A DNA stretch of 64,000 nucleotides, from positions 91,450,001-91,514,000 of the forward strand of contig OX597822.1 in NCBI GenBank assembly GCA_951406725.2, in the 5' to 3' direction. Made by a program: the position numbers and the translations under genes. The notes below the pieces were generated by a model. The model was not told where the DNA came from. It saw only the letters and a list, made by a program, of their open reading frames with translations, and did no database searches. Numbering within the stretch: position 1 is the stretch's first letter; each line of letters opens with the position of its first letter. The DNA is from Octopus vulgaris (taxonomy: Eukaryota). This document shows, piece after piece, positions 1 to 11,400 of the stretch.

Positions 1-948
1 GTCACCTATATCAGCCCTACATCAGAAATTGCGTCGGTTTGATTTCAGCCCAATTTCATTTTGCAACGTAGTAAAACATTGGGCCAACATATTCCCTGAT
101 GTTGGGCCAATATGAATATGAGATTGGGCCGATGTGAGATTTTGGTCTCTTACATTGGGTTGACATTGGCCCAATGTCATATTCACATCAAGGTGACATC
201 GGTCCGATATAAAAATGAGGTTGGACTGATGTATGGTTGTTCAACTTGAGGAAGTCTCAATATTGGCCTGAGCTGATTTTGCCAAATGCCTGATCTGGCT
301 CCGAAATATATTCAAAGATGGGCTAATTGATGCATGATTAAACATTTATACTGGCTTGACATTGGCCACCCTTTATGGTCTCCATAGCATTACACTAGAC
401 CACTGGCATGAATTGCTCTGATTCCAGCCTCATCAACCCAGCATTTGAAAATAAAAATGTAATATTGTTTCAATTTACAGCCAGTGAGGACCACCCACTG
501 CTAAACAGAAACAATATTAAATTTATTTTGAAGATGTAAGTGTATGAGCATCAGTTTACACGGCATATGTAAGGGAATATCTGAAAAATCATGTAGAAAC
601 TGCCAGAAAAAAATTAAAAATTGAACAACTCATTTTTCTTTTGCAAATGTCTTTTATTTTATAAACTATAACTTTGAAAAATGGCTATTTACAACACAAC
701 AACAAAAGTAAATCACAACATTTAAAAGTGAATAAAAACAAAGACAAAATACACTGGCCAATATACACTGTAAAACTAAGATATTTATTCAGTTGGTGTT
801 AAGGTCACTTATATAGCTGTGGCTATTTGTGACATAGTTCAACAATCATTCATATTATAAAAACCGGTAAATAAGGAGTAACAGTATTCATTTTAGGGTT
901 CAATTTTATGATTTCCAGTTTGGGAGATTTGATAAAAATAAATACATT

Positions 949-1200
949 CAAAACGTGACAGTCCCGTGGAGGGAATTACACCACCGCTATATAGCCCTAG
1001 GAAGCATTGACGCTTCCTGTCGGCTTTGATACATTTTGTGTCCTTATATTCGCAAAGGGGAGGCAAGCTGGTGGAGGTGCTTGCCTCCCCTTTGCGAATA
1101 TAAGGACACAGAAAATGTGTCAAAGCCGACAGGAAGCGTCGATGCTTCCTAGGGCTATATAGCGGTGGTGTAATTCCCTCTACGGGACTTTCACGTTTTG
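949..1200. repeat. Near-perfect palindromic MITE (about 120-bp arms, 10-nt loop)
   Basis: 949-1068 is the reverse complement of 1079-1200 with few mismatches. Confidence 0.92.
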
Positions 1201-1732
1201 TTGACTTCATACAACCACTTTATCGCTCCACCACCGCTCATGTCTCGCTGAGACATTTAGAAATTCATTATTTCTAATAAATATATTCAGAATGTGTAGA
1301 AATAGGAAAAACACATTAAATGTGAGAGATATCGTCAATAAAATTGTATTTGAAACCACAGATAAGAGTATTACTTACTAACCTGGTGAATGAGTAAGTA
1401 ATCTGAATGGAAGACAAAATCATGTATGCAAAGCTATTCAGCCTATTGTTACCAGTGTGTCGCTAAAATAGATTACCTTAAAAAATTGAGGTAACCTGTA
1501 AACAGGTTATCTTAGTTTTCAATTTGTGCAGACCTGAGATCTGTGGCAGATTCATAGTCAAGAGCAAACTTGTCCAAATTTTTTTCTCTCCTCCTTCGGC
1601 CACCATTTTTGTCACTAGCAGTCCGAAGCCATTGGAATGATCCCAAAAGCTGCTTTCAAACAAAAAATGTTTTATTTTTCTCTTTATAAATAAATTTGAA
1701 ACCACTTTCCACATATCCTAAAGTATACCAAT

Positions 1733-2142
1733 GGGATCTTTTTGGTTTGAATGGCAGTTTTTAACATAATTTCTAGGTAACTAAAAAATGTTAAACTTCG
1801 TATACTGGTAGAATGTGTTTATAAAACATCATTTTCTCTTGGCTTTATTGAGAAAATTCTATAGTTTGTAAGATATTTGTTGTTTTTTTCCTTCAATTTT
1901 TGCAATTTCAACCAATCAATGGCATCTATTGAGTTAAAAACATTCTGTGCCGTATGAATATGTCCCTCATTTAAGAAACAGATTGGGTTTATTTACATTT
2001 GTGAAGAAAAAAAATACCCTTCCCCTCACCCTAACCTTAAAAGAGATTGAAATGCAATAGATCGATTCTAGGGTCATAATTATGGGTGACAACTTCATAT
2101 GATGCTGCTAGGAAAAACTGCCATTCAAACCGTAAAGATCCT
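1733..2142. mobile_element. MITE family A copy 1 (about 30-bp TIR, 6-bp TSD ACCAAT)
   Basis: GGGATCTTTTTGGTTTGAATGGCAGTTTTT ... AAAAACTGCCATTCAAACCGTAAAGATCCT, with ACCAAT on both sides; homologous to 21882..22320. Confidence 0.9.
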
Positions 2143-2728
2143 ACCAATGATATAATATTGACTTATCGTGCAACAATTGTTCAGATCTTCCCGACAAGTT
2201 GGGAGGAGCTACATTTGCACTTCTTTCTTTTGGCTTATTGTGAATGTCAGTTGGTTGTGGATATCTACTTGGCTCTGGAGAAGACAAGTGGGGTTGAGGT
2301 GCTCTCTCTTTTGAAAACTGAACGACAGGAGGTGGCTTTGGAAGCATCCATCTTTGATACTCAGTGTCATCATCATCTGAGAAAACTGGTGACCTATACA
2401 AAATGAAATGAAAAATAAACAGGGAATTACATGTATTTCCCTTCACACAATGAATAACATGGGTATATGTTTGTCAATACACAGCCTTAGAACACATTGG
2501 AACTCATACAATGTTTATAATAAGCCTCAAACTTGTAGTGCTACCTATGGACATGTCTGACAACCTACCTGCACTTTCATGTAAAATGAAAGGTGGCTGG
2601 TCAGTGGGGACTCAGAGTTTTACATGGGTATCCTCGGGAACTGATATTCAGTCCCATTTCCAATGCAAATAATAAATTCAGCAAACATGGAATGATTCTA
2701 GCTGTCAGATATGTTGATAAACCCCAAG

Positions 2729-3108
2729 ACTGGAAACAAAATCGAAAAAAATAGTGCAAATAGTGTAAAAAAAAAAAAGTAGGAAATGAATAGGAAAACA
2801 AAAAAATGCCTGGAAAGCAACGGGTGTGTGTGGTGGGGAGAGGGCTTCTTTATAATCGCAATCTATACAGTTTGAAAGGTATTTATATAAAATTTCCTTG
2901 AAAAAAAACAACTCATTTTCCTAAAAGTTATGAGGGAAAAACATAGGAGGATCTTGTGAATTTTCCGAAGGCCTCTCCCCACCTCCCGCTGCTTTCCGGG
3001 CATTTTTGTTTTCATATTCGTTACCTACACCCCGCCTTTTTTTTTTTTTACACCAGTTGCACTATTTTCTTTCTTTTTTTTTTTATTTTTTCGCTTTTGT
3101 TTCCGAGT
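2729..3108. mobile_element. Degenerate TIR element related to 8412..9555
   Basis: Imperfect inverted arms (GGAAACAAAA..ATAGTGCAA vs TTGCACTAT..TTTTGTTTCC); shares GGATCTTGTGAATTTTCCGAA with about 9413-9433. Confidence 0.65.
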
Positions 3109-3922
3109 AATAATGTCAACATTAACCAAACGAACATCTAAAAGGGATTCACTAATTATTAAAGAACTGTCTGAAATTTGTAGACAGGCTACCTGTAGCT
3201 CTCCTAATGATATCCATTTCTGTAGGGTTTCATTGAGAATTTTGAAATACATTTTGAGCTGTGGTAAGTTTATTTTCTATTTGTTTTTGGCTACACCACT
3301 TAAATATTAGCTTTAAATGTAAACACCATAATGTTTATTGATGCTTGAAAAAAGGATTTTAACAACTTTTTCCATCGTGTCGGTTTCGATCCAAGTTTTG
3401 AAAATGCACTGAATCATAGGATTCGCAATTAATTGCTGAACAGAGAAAGACTTAAAATTTCCCATACATTATACTGAACTGGCAAAATTTAAAAGCGTTT
3501 TTAGTCTTAATTATGATACAAGATAAATCACGTGTTTTTTAATCCTAACTTACAACAGTGATATTGAATTTACCTGCTTTCGATGTGGAAAATGAAAGGA
3601 TTATATTTTGAGTTGCTTCCCCTGTACCTGCTCGGAACACAAGGATATTGTGTGTCCAGCTGCAGTTCGACAGCAATCCGGCATCCACCCGATGCTGGAG
3701 TACTGTTTAAAAAAAAAGAAATAACCCCCCCCCCCACACACACACACAATACTGTTACAAATACAATGATAGTAGTAAATGGAACTGACAAATGAGAAAT
3801 GCAAAACATAAAATAACTCCGTTTTGATGTTGTATTGAAAACGGGCCGATATCGGCAAAAATTACCGATATTCCGCGGTTCACCTGATATCGGCCCAATA
3901 TGGTCATGCTGGCTTGGCTGGG

Positions 3923-5315
3923 ATACTACTTACCATTGAAAGAGATGCTTCTGACCTACCCTTGGGAGGGACGCTATCACAACAAGGATGGCCAGTGGCC
4001 TTCTTTTCAAGGTCCCTTTCAAAAACAGAAAAACACCAATCCATCGTCGAGAGAGAAGCCTACGCAATCGTAGAATGTTGCCGCAAACAGCGCCACCTAA
4101 TAGATGTTTCCCCATACTACAACACCGTCACCGATCAACGCTCGGTGGCAATGATCTTCAATAATCAAGGGTCATCAAAAATCAAAAATGACAAACATAT
4201 ACGCTGGCGCTTGGACCTCTCAGACATAAATTACACAATCTTCTATAGATCAGGAACTCAAAATAAAGCTGCAGATGTGCAGCAACAAGAGATACTACAA
4301 TACTAATAACCCTTCACAAACAACTGTGCCACCCACGAGTGACCCGCCTTCTTCACTACTATAAAGTAAGGAACCTGCCGTTCTCCCTCACAGAAATCCG
4401 CGAAATGACACTCGCTTGCTCTATATGCATCAAACTCAAACTCTGCGTCCACAAACCATTTATGGGTGAATTTGTTAGGATTAACGACCATACGTAAAGG
4501 AGTTGGCGACAGAAATGTCTCCTGGTGGTGTTGGTGTCCGGGTCGTTGTCTGTCACTGGAACTGGAACTGGCTGAGTCGCTCTGTGGTCAGAGATTAGTC
4601 CTGAGAAGGACTGGAACCTTAGACGAAAAATAGTGATTTGATGGCGCCTTTTATAACCTGCTAAAGACTCCAGTGAAATCCCAAAAAGACTGTGTCGTGG
4701 GACCTTATCCGAAGGCCGCGATTGGTTGGCTTGCACACTGGTGCGAAATAAGTCAAGAGACAAACTGCGCTACTGTCAACCTATGAGCAGTGGACACAAC
4801 AGAGTCAAAATAGCCGAAGATGGTTGCTATCTAACACGTGATCATTTCTAATATATCTCTCAAACAGTGAGGATATCAGCTACGCTACAAATTAATACAA
4901 GCATTGAGACCTTGGGAGCGCCTCTCCATTGACTTTGTTGGTACTCTGCCATCAACTACACAATATCGCTACTTATTGATAATTGTCGATGAGTTCTGAA
5001 GGTACCCATTCGCATAGCCATGCAAAGACACGAGTACCGAAGCAGTAATTTCCCACCTGCTCAATCTCTTTTCATTGTTTGAATCACCAAGTTGTATCCA
5101 CTCTGACAGAGGAACCCAATTTGATTATAAGAAGCTCCAGGACTTCCTTCACGCTAACGGGACAATAAAAACTAGAACAACTCCCTATCAACCTCAAGGG
5201 AATGACCAATGTGAAAGGACCAACGGTACCCTCATAAAGACCATAAATCTAGCACTTAGTTCACAACAGCTAGATAAAAGACAATGGTTGACGGTCCTTC
5301 CCATGGCACTATCAG
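3923..5315 (+). mobile_element. Ty3/Gypsy pol fragment 1 (RNase H, integrase), disrupted
   Basis: DAS..PVAFFSRSL..EREAYAIVE..TDQRS; HHCC region; RPWERLSIDFVG; IHSDRGTQF..TTPYQPQGNDQCER; stops present. Confidence 0.9.
4473..4889. mobile_element. Solo LTR (TG..CA, 4-bp TSD AATT) inserted in Gypsy integrase
   Basis: AATT|TGTTAGG ... GCTACA|AATT; removing it restores GELIQALRPWERLSIDF. Confidence 0.85.
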
Positions 5316-7047
5316 CCTTTTCTTCGAACTTGCATGGTTGTACTATTTTTTCCAAGGTTGACCTCATCCGGGCTTATCATCAGATTCCAATGAACCCTGA
5401 CATTACAAAACCGCCGTTACTACCCACTTTGGAAGTTTCGAGTTCCTGTTTATGAGCTTCGGTTTGCAGAATGCAACGAGTACATTTCAGAGGTTTATCG
5501 ATGAAGTTGTCCGTGGACTTGACTTTGTGTTCGCTTACATCGATGATTTGCTCATAGCTTGCGACACGCGTGAAAATCATCTCCAACACTCATCTCAACT
5601 TTTTCAGCGTCTTCGTACTTACAAATGTGCGAATCAACCCTGATAAGTGTGTTTTCGGGCAGTCCTCTCTGGAATTTTTGGGGCATTATATCGACTCGAA
5701 TGGTATCAGACTTCTCTCTTCCAAAGTCGATGCAATTCAACGCATCTCACCTCCCATTTCTCTACGCCAATTGCATCACTTTTTGGGAGTCGTCAACTTC
5801 TATAGACACTACATACCTACATGTGCAGACAAGCTACTTCCATTGACTCAACTACTGAAAGCAAATACAAAAGAGATGCTCCTATCACTCTATCTGCCGA
5901 GGCATTATCTTCGTTTGAGTCAATTAAGGATGGGGGTAGCTTCTGTTCCTTTGCTTGCACATCCGGCTCCTGTTGCTCATCTCTCTTTAACAGTTGATGC
6001 ATCAGATTCTGCGGGTGGTGCTGTTTTGCAACATACCGTCAACAATCAAACTCGACCATTGACATTTTTTTTCTCGTCAATTAAAATCAGCTGAACAGTA
6101 TGTTTGATTCTGAACTCTTAGCGATCTACCTGTCATTCGTCACTTTCAACATCAACTCGAGGGACCGGGATTTTGTGATTTATACTGATCACAAGCCTCT
6201 TACGTTTGCTCTGTCATCCAAATCGAACAAACACTCGCCTCGTGCTTTTCGTCACCTGGACTACATTTCCCAGTTCACGAGTGACATTCGGCATATACCT
6301 GGAACAGAGAACGTTCCTGCTGACGCACTCTCTCGTCTCCATGTGTGATCTCTTTCAACTCCTGCTGCAATTGATTTAACTGCCATTGCGCAGGATCAGT
6401 CAGCTCTGGATACATTGGATCTAACTGCCACCAAGCTGTCCTGTTGCAAGTTTGCCTATCTTCCACTTCCGTCTGCTGAAGGCACAATCCTTTGTGACAC
6501 AGCTACTGATTCTCCCAGACCGTTTGTACCTGCGAACCACCAGCGTTCTGTTTTCGATGCCTTGCATTCACTGTCACATCCTGACATCGCTGCCTCGGTG
6601 AAGCTTATTACGGCTCAGTTTTTCTGGCCTAATATGCGCCGTGTGATCGCCGCTTGGAAATGCTCTTGTGTGAAATGCCAGCGTTCTAAAGTCCACAGGC
6701 ACATTCGCACTCCTCTTGGACAGTTTTCTCTGCCGGAGACTCGCTTTCACCATGTCCACATTGATCTGGATGGACCATGGCCTGTCAGTCGCGGGTTCTC
6801 TTGCATGTTGACATGAGTCGATCGTTTCTCTAATTGGCCTGAAGCCATTCTAATGGTGGACATTTCCGCCGAGTCAGTTGCTCGAGCTTTCGTTTCTAAC
6901 TGGATTGCTCGCTTTGGTGTCCCAGCTAAAATAACCACTGATCGTGGACGCCAGTTCGAAGCTTCCTTATTTCGTGAATTGTCGCGAATCCTAGGCGTTC
7001 ATCACATTCGTACGACCAGTTACCATCCAGCTTCCAACGGGATGGTC
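5316..7047 (+). mobile_element. Ty3/Gypsy pol fragment 2 (RT, RNase H, integrase), frameshifted
   Basis: FSKVDLIRAYHQIP, FGLQNA, YIDD, VDAS, TDHKPL, ADALSR, LHSLSHP..C..C, TTDRGRQF, YHPASNGMV. Confidence 0.93.
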
Positions 7048-7715
7048 GCCCTCTCCCATTCGCCTCTACTCACGAAGGGTTTCTCCACACGTGTCTGCTG
7101 CTTTGTCATCCACATGGCAGGACACACATTCATTCAACTCGACATCTGATGCATGGTCCCTTGGCCGTGTGCCTCGCCAGACTCTTGCTGTCGTTGTTCG
7201 CTGCCTGCCACTTTGTCCTGCTCATATCCACCATCACTGTTGCCGTTACGTCATGTGTGTCACTTTGTGACAACACCCACGATTTGTCACCGACATGGTT
7301 TCGATGTTCGGCATCTACTGCAAACGTACAGATATGGTCGTGAAAGCCTGTCACAAAAGCCAGCTTTACAATCAACGCCGGCACTGCTCCAGTAAACACT
7401 GCTCGGCTCACCAACCTCCTAATCTCGCTCACATAGTCGTCTATCTGCTCACCAGTCCATCTCACTCTCCCGAGCTTGCTGTCGGTTTTAAAAGACCCCT
7501 CCGTGTACGCGTCCTTCAGCCGCTCTTCAATTTTTTCCCGCTTTCTCCTGGCTTGCTTCATCCATCACCAAGTACAGATTCAGCGCATTGCCTTCTAAGT
7601 ACAATGGCATAAGGCTAGCCACGTCTTCTATTCTCTGCAGCATCGCCACAAGTCTCACCTTTATCCAGGCCACCACATCACCTTCCCCAGTGAATAGTCT
7701 TAACACATCACTACA
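7048..7715 (-). mobile_element. Ty3/Gypsy gag fragment 3 (opposite strand)
   Basis: Minus frames give FTGEGDVVAW..LYLEGNA..IEERLKDAY..WTGEQIDDYVSEIRRL..LAFVTGF and a degenerate CxxC knuckle. Confidence 0.75.
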
Positions 7716-7899
7716 GGAAAGAAAAGAAAATCTATCTCTATAGTCCTCGGACGTCGGACGTATCCTAAAGAAGTTTGAGATAAAAGAAAAATGGAAATCC
7801 CGATAAAAGCAGAAATTTCGACTTATGGGGGACAGTTATTCAAGAGTCTATCGAACTATTTACTGGATCATTTAAATGCACCTTCGTTAGCATCTCACC

Positions 7900-8400
7900 A
7901 AATGCTTTACATTAACATGTTCTTTCACATAAGAAAAAAAATCGTTATGTCTCGTACAACCATCGCTGTAAAATGTATTACTTTTAAACATAGTAAGTTT
8001 AATTGGAAAAAAAGTGATAGGTGAAAGTGACGAAAATGGTAAGAGTAGACGAAACCGTGCTAAAATACGGCTGTAGGTATGAGAATGTCAGTTGAATACA
8101 AAGGTCATGTCCTTTGAGCCCAGGGTGGATGAAAAATTTCAGTAACATTTTTTTTACACGACGACAACAATTGTTTCCCCTGAGTAAGCGTTCGCCATAA
8201 AGCAAGTTTTAATGTTCTTAAAGTCACTTTCCACGTTCTTTAGCAGGCTGCACTTTTCAGGTAACGTAACAGTTTTCCTTTCTTAATTTAATCCAACTCT
8301 TACGTTTATGTGAAACTGACGCGCCTTTCACGTAACTCCGTTTAGCATTTATAAATAGTTGTCTAAAGCAAAGGCCGTTGAACATATCGGCCCCCATCAT
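7900..8400 (+). promoter_or_regulatory. Probable HAGH promoter / first-exon region
   Basis: Non-repetitive and relatively CpG-rich compared with the CpG-depleted introns; contains two ATG-plus-donor candidates (8036 and 8212). Confidence 0.5.
8212..8260 (+). CDS. HAGH: HAGH coding exon 1 (mitochondrial transit peptide [16 protein letters not shown])
   Basis: ATG 8212, donor CAG|GTAACG at 8261, phase 1 joins in frame to acceptor 15512. The peptide has no acidic residues and is S/L/F/R/K-rich, and lies in a locally CpG-retaining region. Confidence 0.75.
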
Positions 8401-11400
8401 GTAAACGGTTAATATAAAGATCTTCACCCGGGAACAAAAACAAAAATAAACCAGCCTGGTGAGTGTTAACAAGCATGTAGAAAACGAATATGAAAAAAAA
8501 AAAAAAAAAATGCGCGCCAACGACCTTATGAGTGGATGGGTGGGGGGCTTTCGGAAATTTCACAAGATCTGATTTTTCCGTCGTAACTTCCAGTAAAATA
8601 GATATATATTGATTGTTTATTTTTTTACGGAATCTCCCCGTTTTTGGTTATGGAGGATCCGATTTTGAAAAAAAATTTTCGAAAATCGTATTTTCAAAAT
8701 TTTAATCCCTCCCCACTTCATTTTCACTTTTTTCCGTAAAAATGTATTTTATTTTTCTTGCGAAATACGTAGAAAAATGCGAAGATTACGATTCTGAAAA
8801 AAATTAGTTTGTAAAATTTCAATTTTTCAACAGACAAAAAAATATATACACTCAGGCCTCCAAGCAGACTATCTACATGCTAGAAATAACAGCCAAATCT
8901 CACAAAACTGCAAAGATTTCTGTCAGAGTAATTTCCCGTAAATAATATGATTAAGTAATTCATGTGAAATTAAAGTGTTTTTTTTTTTTTGCTTTTTAAC
9001 TTTTTTCAAAAACTTTCTTTCGAACTTTTTTCCCCATCAATCTACGTGGGAAAATACAGAGATTAAGAATATAGAAAAAATAAGCACAAATTTAAATTTG
9101 ATTTTTTCAGAATCGTAATCTTCGTATTTTTCTACGTATTTCGCAAAAAATTAAGAAAAAATTAAGAAAAAGTGAAAAATGAAGGGAATTTTGAAAACAT
9201 GGGATTCCGTAAAAAAAAAACAAAAAAAAAACTGGCGGAAGTGGCTTTGTTTACATTTCTGAAGATAACAGAAACCCTTTTCTCCCACCCACCCCATATA
9301 TATAAAAAAAAACCCACTTTCTTGAAATGTATCCGGTACTTTCGGTACCTATACCGAAGTTACGCCAAAAAAATTATGTATTCATTTTACCGGAAGTTAT
9401 GACGAAAAATTCGGATCTTGTGAATTTTCCGAAAGTCCACCCGCCGCCCGCCAGGGTCGTCAGCGCGCATCTTTTTCTTCATATTCATTTCGTTACAACA
9501 CCCACCAGGTTGGTTTGTTTATTTTTCTTTTGTTCCCGGGTAAAGATATTTATATCTGTGCTATTAATGAAGATGAAAACAAAAATTTGCGCACAAAATA
9601 TTTTCGATTCCGTTGTGCTTGAGGAGAGTTATTTTCTTTTTGCGCCTTACAATTTAACACACCGGTAAAATTTCCACTTATTTCTTATTTATATTTTCCT
9701 AAAATTTTCGTTGCGTCTTGCAACCTTTTCAATAGTGTTGACTCTGTCCGTTATTTACACTGCGTTCCTTTTTGTTTGTTTGTGCGCATGTGTGTGGGTC
9801 AGTGTGTGTGTGTGTGTGTACCTATGCATGCATGTACGTATGTGTGTATGTATGTATGCATGCATGTACGTATGTGTGTATGTATGTATGCATGCATGTG
9901 TGTGTATACATGTATATATGTATGTGTGTGCATCTGTATGTATGTATTCTGCATATTCATGTGTTTGTGTATTTTCTATGCATGTGTGTGTGTGAGCGTG
10001 TGTTTGTATATGTATGCACCTCTGTCTCCTTGTGTGTGCATGTCTGTGTGTGTGTGCATGTCTGTGTGTGTGCATGTCTGTGTGTGTGTGTTTTGCAACT
10101 GCATGTCTGTGTGTGTGTGTGTTTTGCAACTATGTATGTATGGCTGTGCATCTCATTATGTGTGAACCACACGTATAGAGATGCACATCCATACATACAA
10201 ACATGGTACATAGTTGCAAAGTACACACACACACACAGACAGAGGTGCATACATATACAAACACAGGCTCATACACACACGCATGCATAGAAAATACACA
10301 AACACGGACATGCAAGCATATGAATATGCAGAATACATACATACAGATGCACACACATACATATGTATACACACACACATACATACATACGTACATGCAT
10401 GCATGCATAGGTACACACACACTGACCCACACACATGCACATAAACAAACAAAAAGGAACGCAGTGTAAATAATGGACAGAGTCAAGACTATTGAAAACG
10501 TTGCAAGACGCAACGAAAATTTTAGGAAAATATAAATAAGAAATAAGTGACAACTGCTGCTCATAACCATAAGATTGCCGAAGTATACTCAATGTCTCTG
10601 TACCAGACTTCCCAAGTTTAATACAAAATTTTACTATGGCTCTTTGTTCTAACTTCCTGTCCATGACAAAAATTGCAAACACATGATCACAAAAACACAA
10701 AATTTCACAATTTGCAAAGTAAACACAGCAATGTCTCATGAAGGTCACTGTTAGCTCTCACTGTGCATGTGTGCAGCCATCTGTTGGTGCGCTACAGAAC
10801 TAGTTTGGGAACTTTTTGATACCACCTCATATTATAAAAGCAGAGCTGCCTCAAGATTTTAGTGGACAGAACTCTGTGAAACAATTTACAGTTAAAATTA
10901 CAGAATAGACTGACTGAATGTTCTACTGTAAAAATTATTCCCAATACATGTAAAAAAGTTCAGTTTGTAAAAAAAAACTTTTTGCTTTTAATGAATTCTT
11001 TACTTCGCTTCTGACAAAATTGTGACATAAATTCAATATACGCATCATACAGTCTACCTTTTACTCTGAGCAAGAGGCCTTTTGTCACCAGCAGAGGTAG
11101 GAGCTCTCTGAAATTTGCCCAGGCTATTCTTATTCTAGCAGCTACACTTTCAGAGCATCCACCCCCACTACTGACATGGTCACCTAGGTAACGGAAGCTA
11201 TCAACTACTTCTAGTTTTTCTACCTGGAATGTGACAGAAGCTGTTCTCTGCACATTTTCAGTGTTTATTGCTCCTGAGCATTTGCCAAATACAAAAACTA
11301 TCTTCCCAGTTAGCCTTCCTTTGATATTGCTGCACCTCTTATGTGTCCATAGCTTACACCAGGTACATCTTATGGAGTTTCTACCTATGCATTTTCTACA

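Larger units (their letters stand above)
1..3922. mobile_element. Putative CACTA/EnSpm-like DNA transposon (left end outside window), with nested MITEs
   Basis: Arrays of short palindromic subterminal motifs (TTGGGCCRA / GACATTGGCCCAATGTC) at about 60-370 and matching motifs (GGGCCGATATCGGC, GATATCGGCCCAA) at 3843-3900. Ends in GCTGGG at 3922, directly abutting a Gypsy RNase H frame. Confidence 0.5.

Noticed and set aside
3113-3263. ATG-initiated segment with a GTAAGT donor, in phase with HAGH exon 2
   Set aside because: It lies inside a TE cluster and contains acidic residues. Exon 8212..8260 is a much better presequence in a promoter-like context.
5075-5455. ORF appearing to fuse integrase to reverse transcriptase (novel domain order)
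   Set aside because: Chance in-frame junction of two decayed Gypsy elements; both are broken by stops and frameshifts
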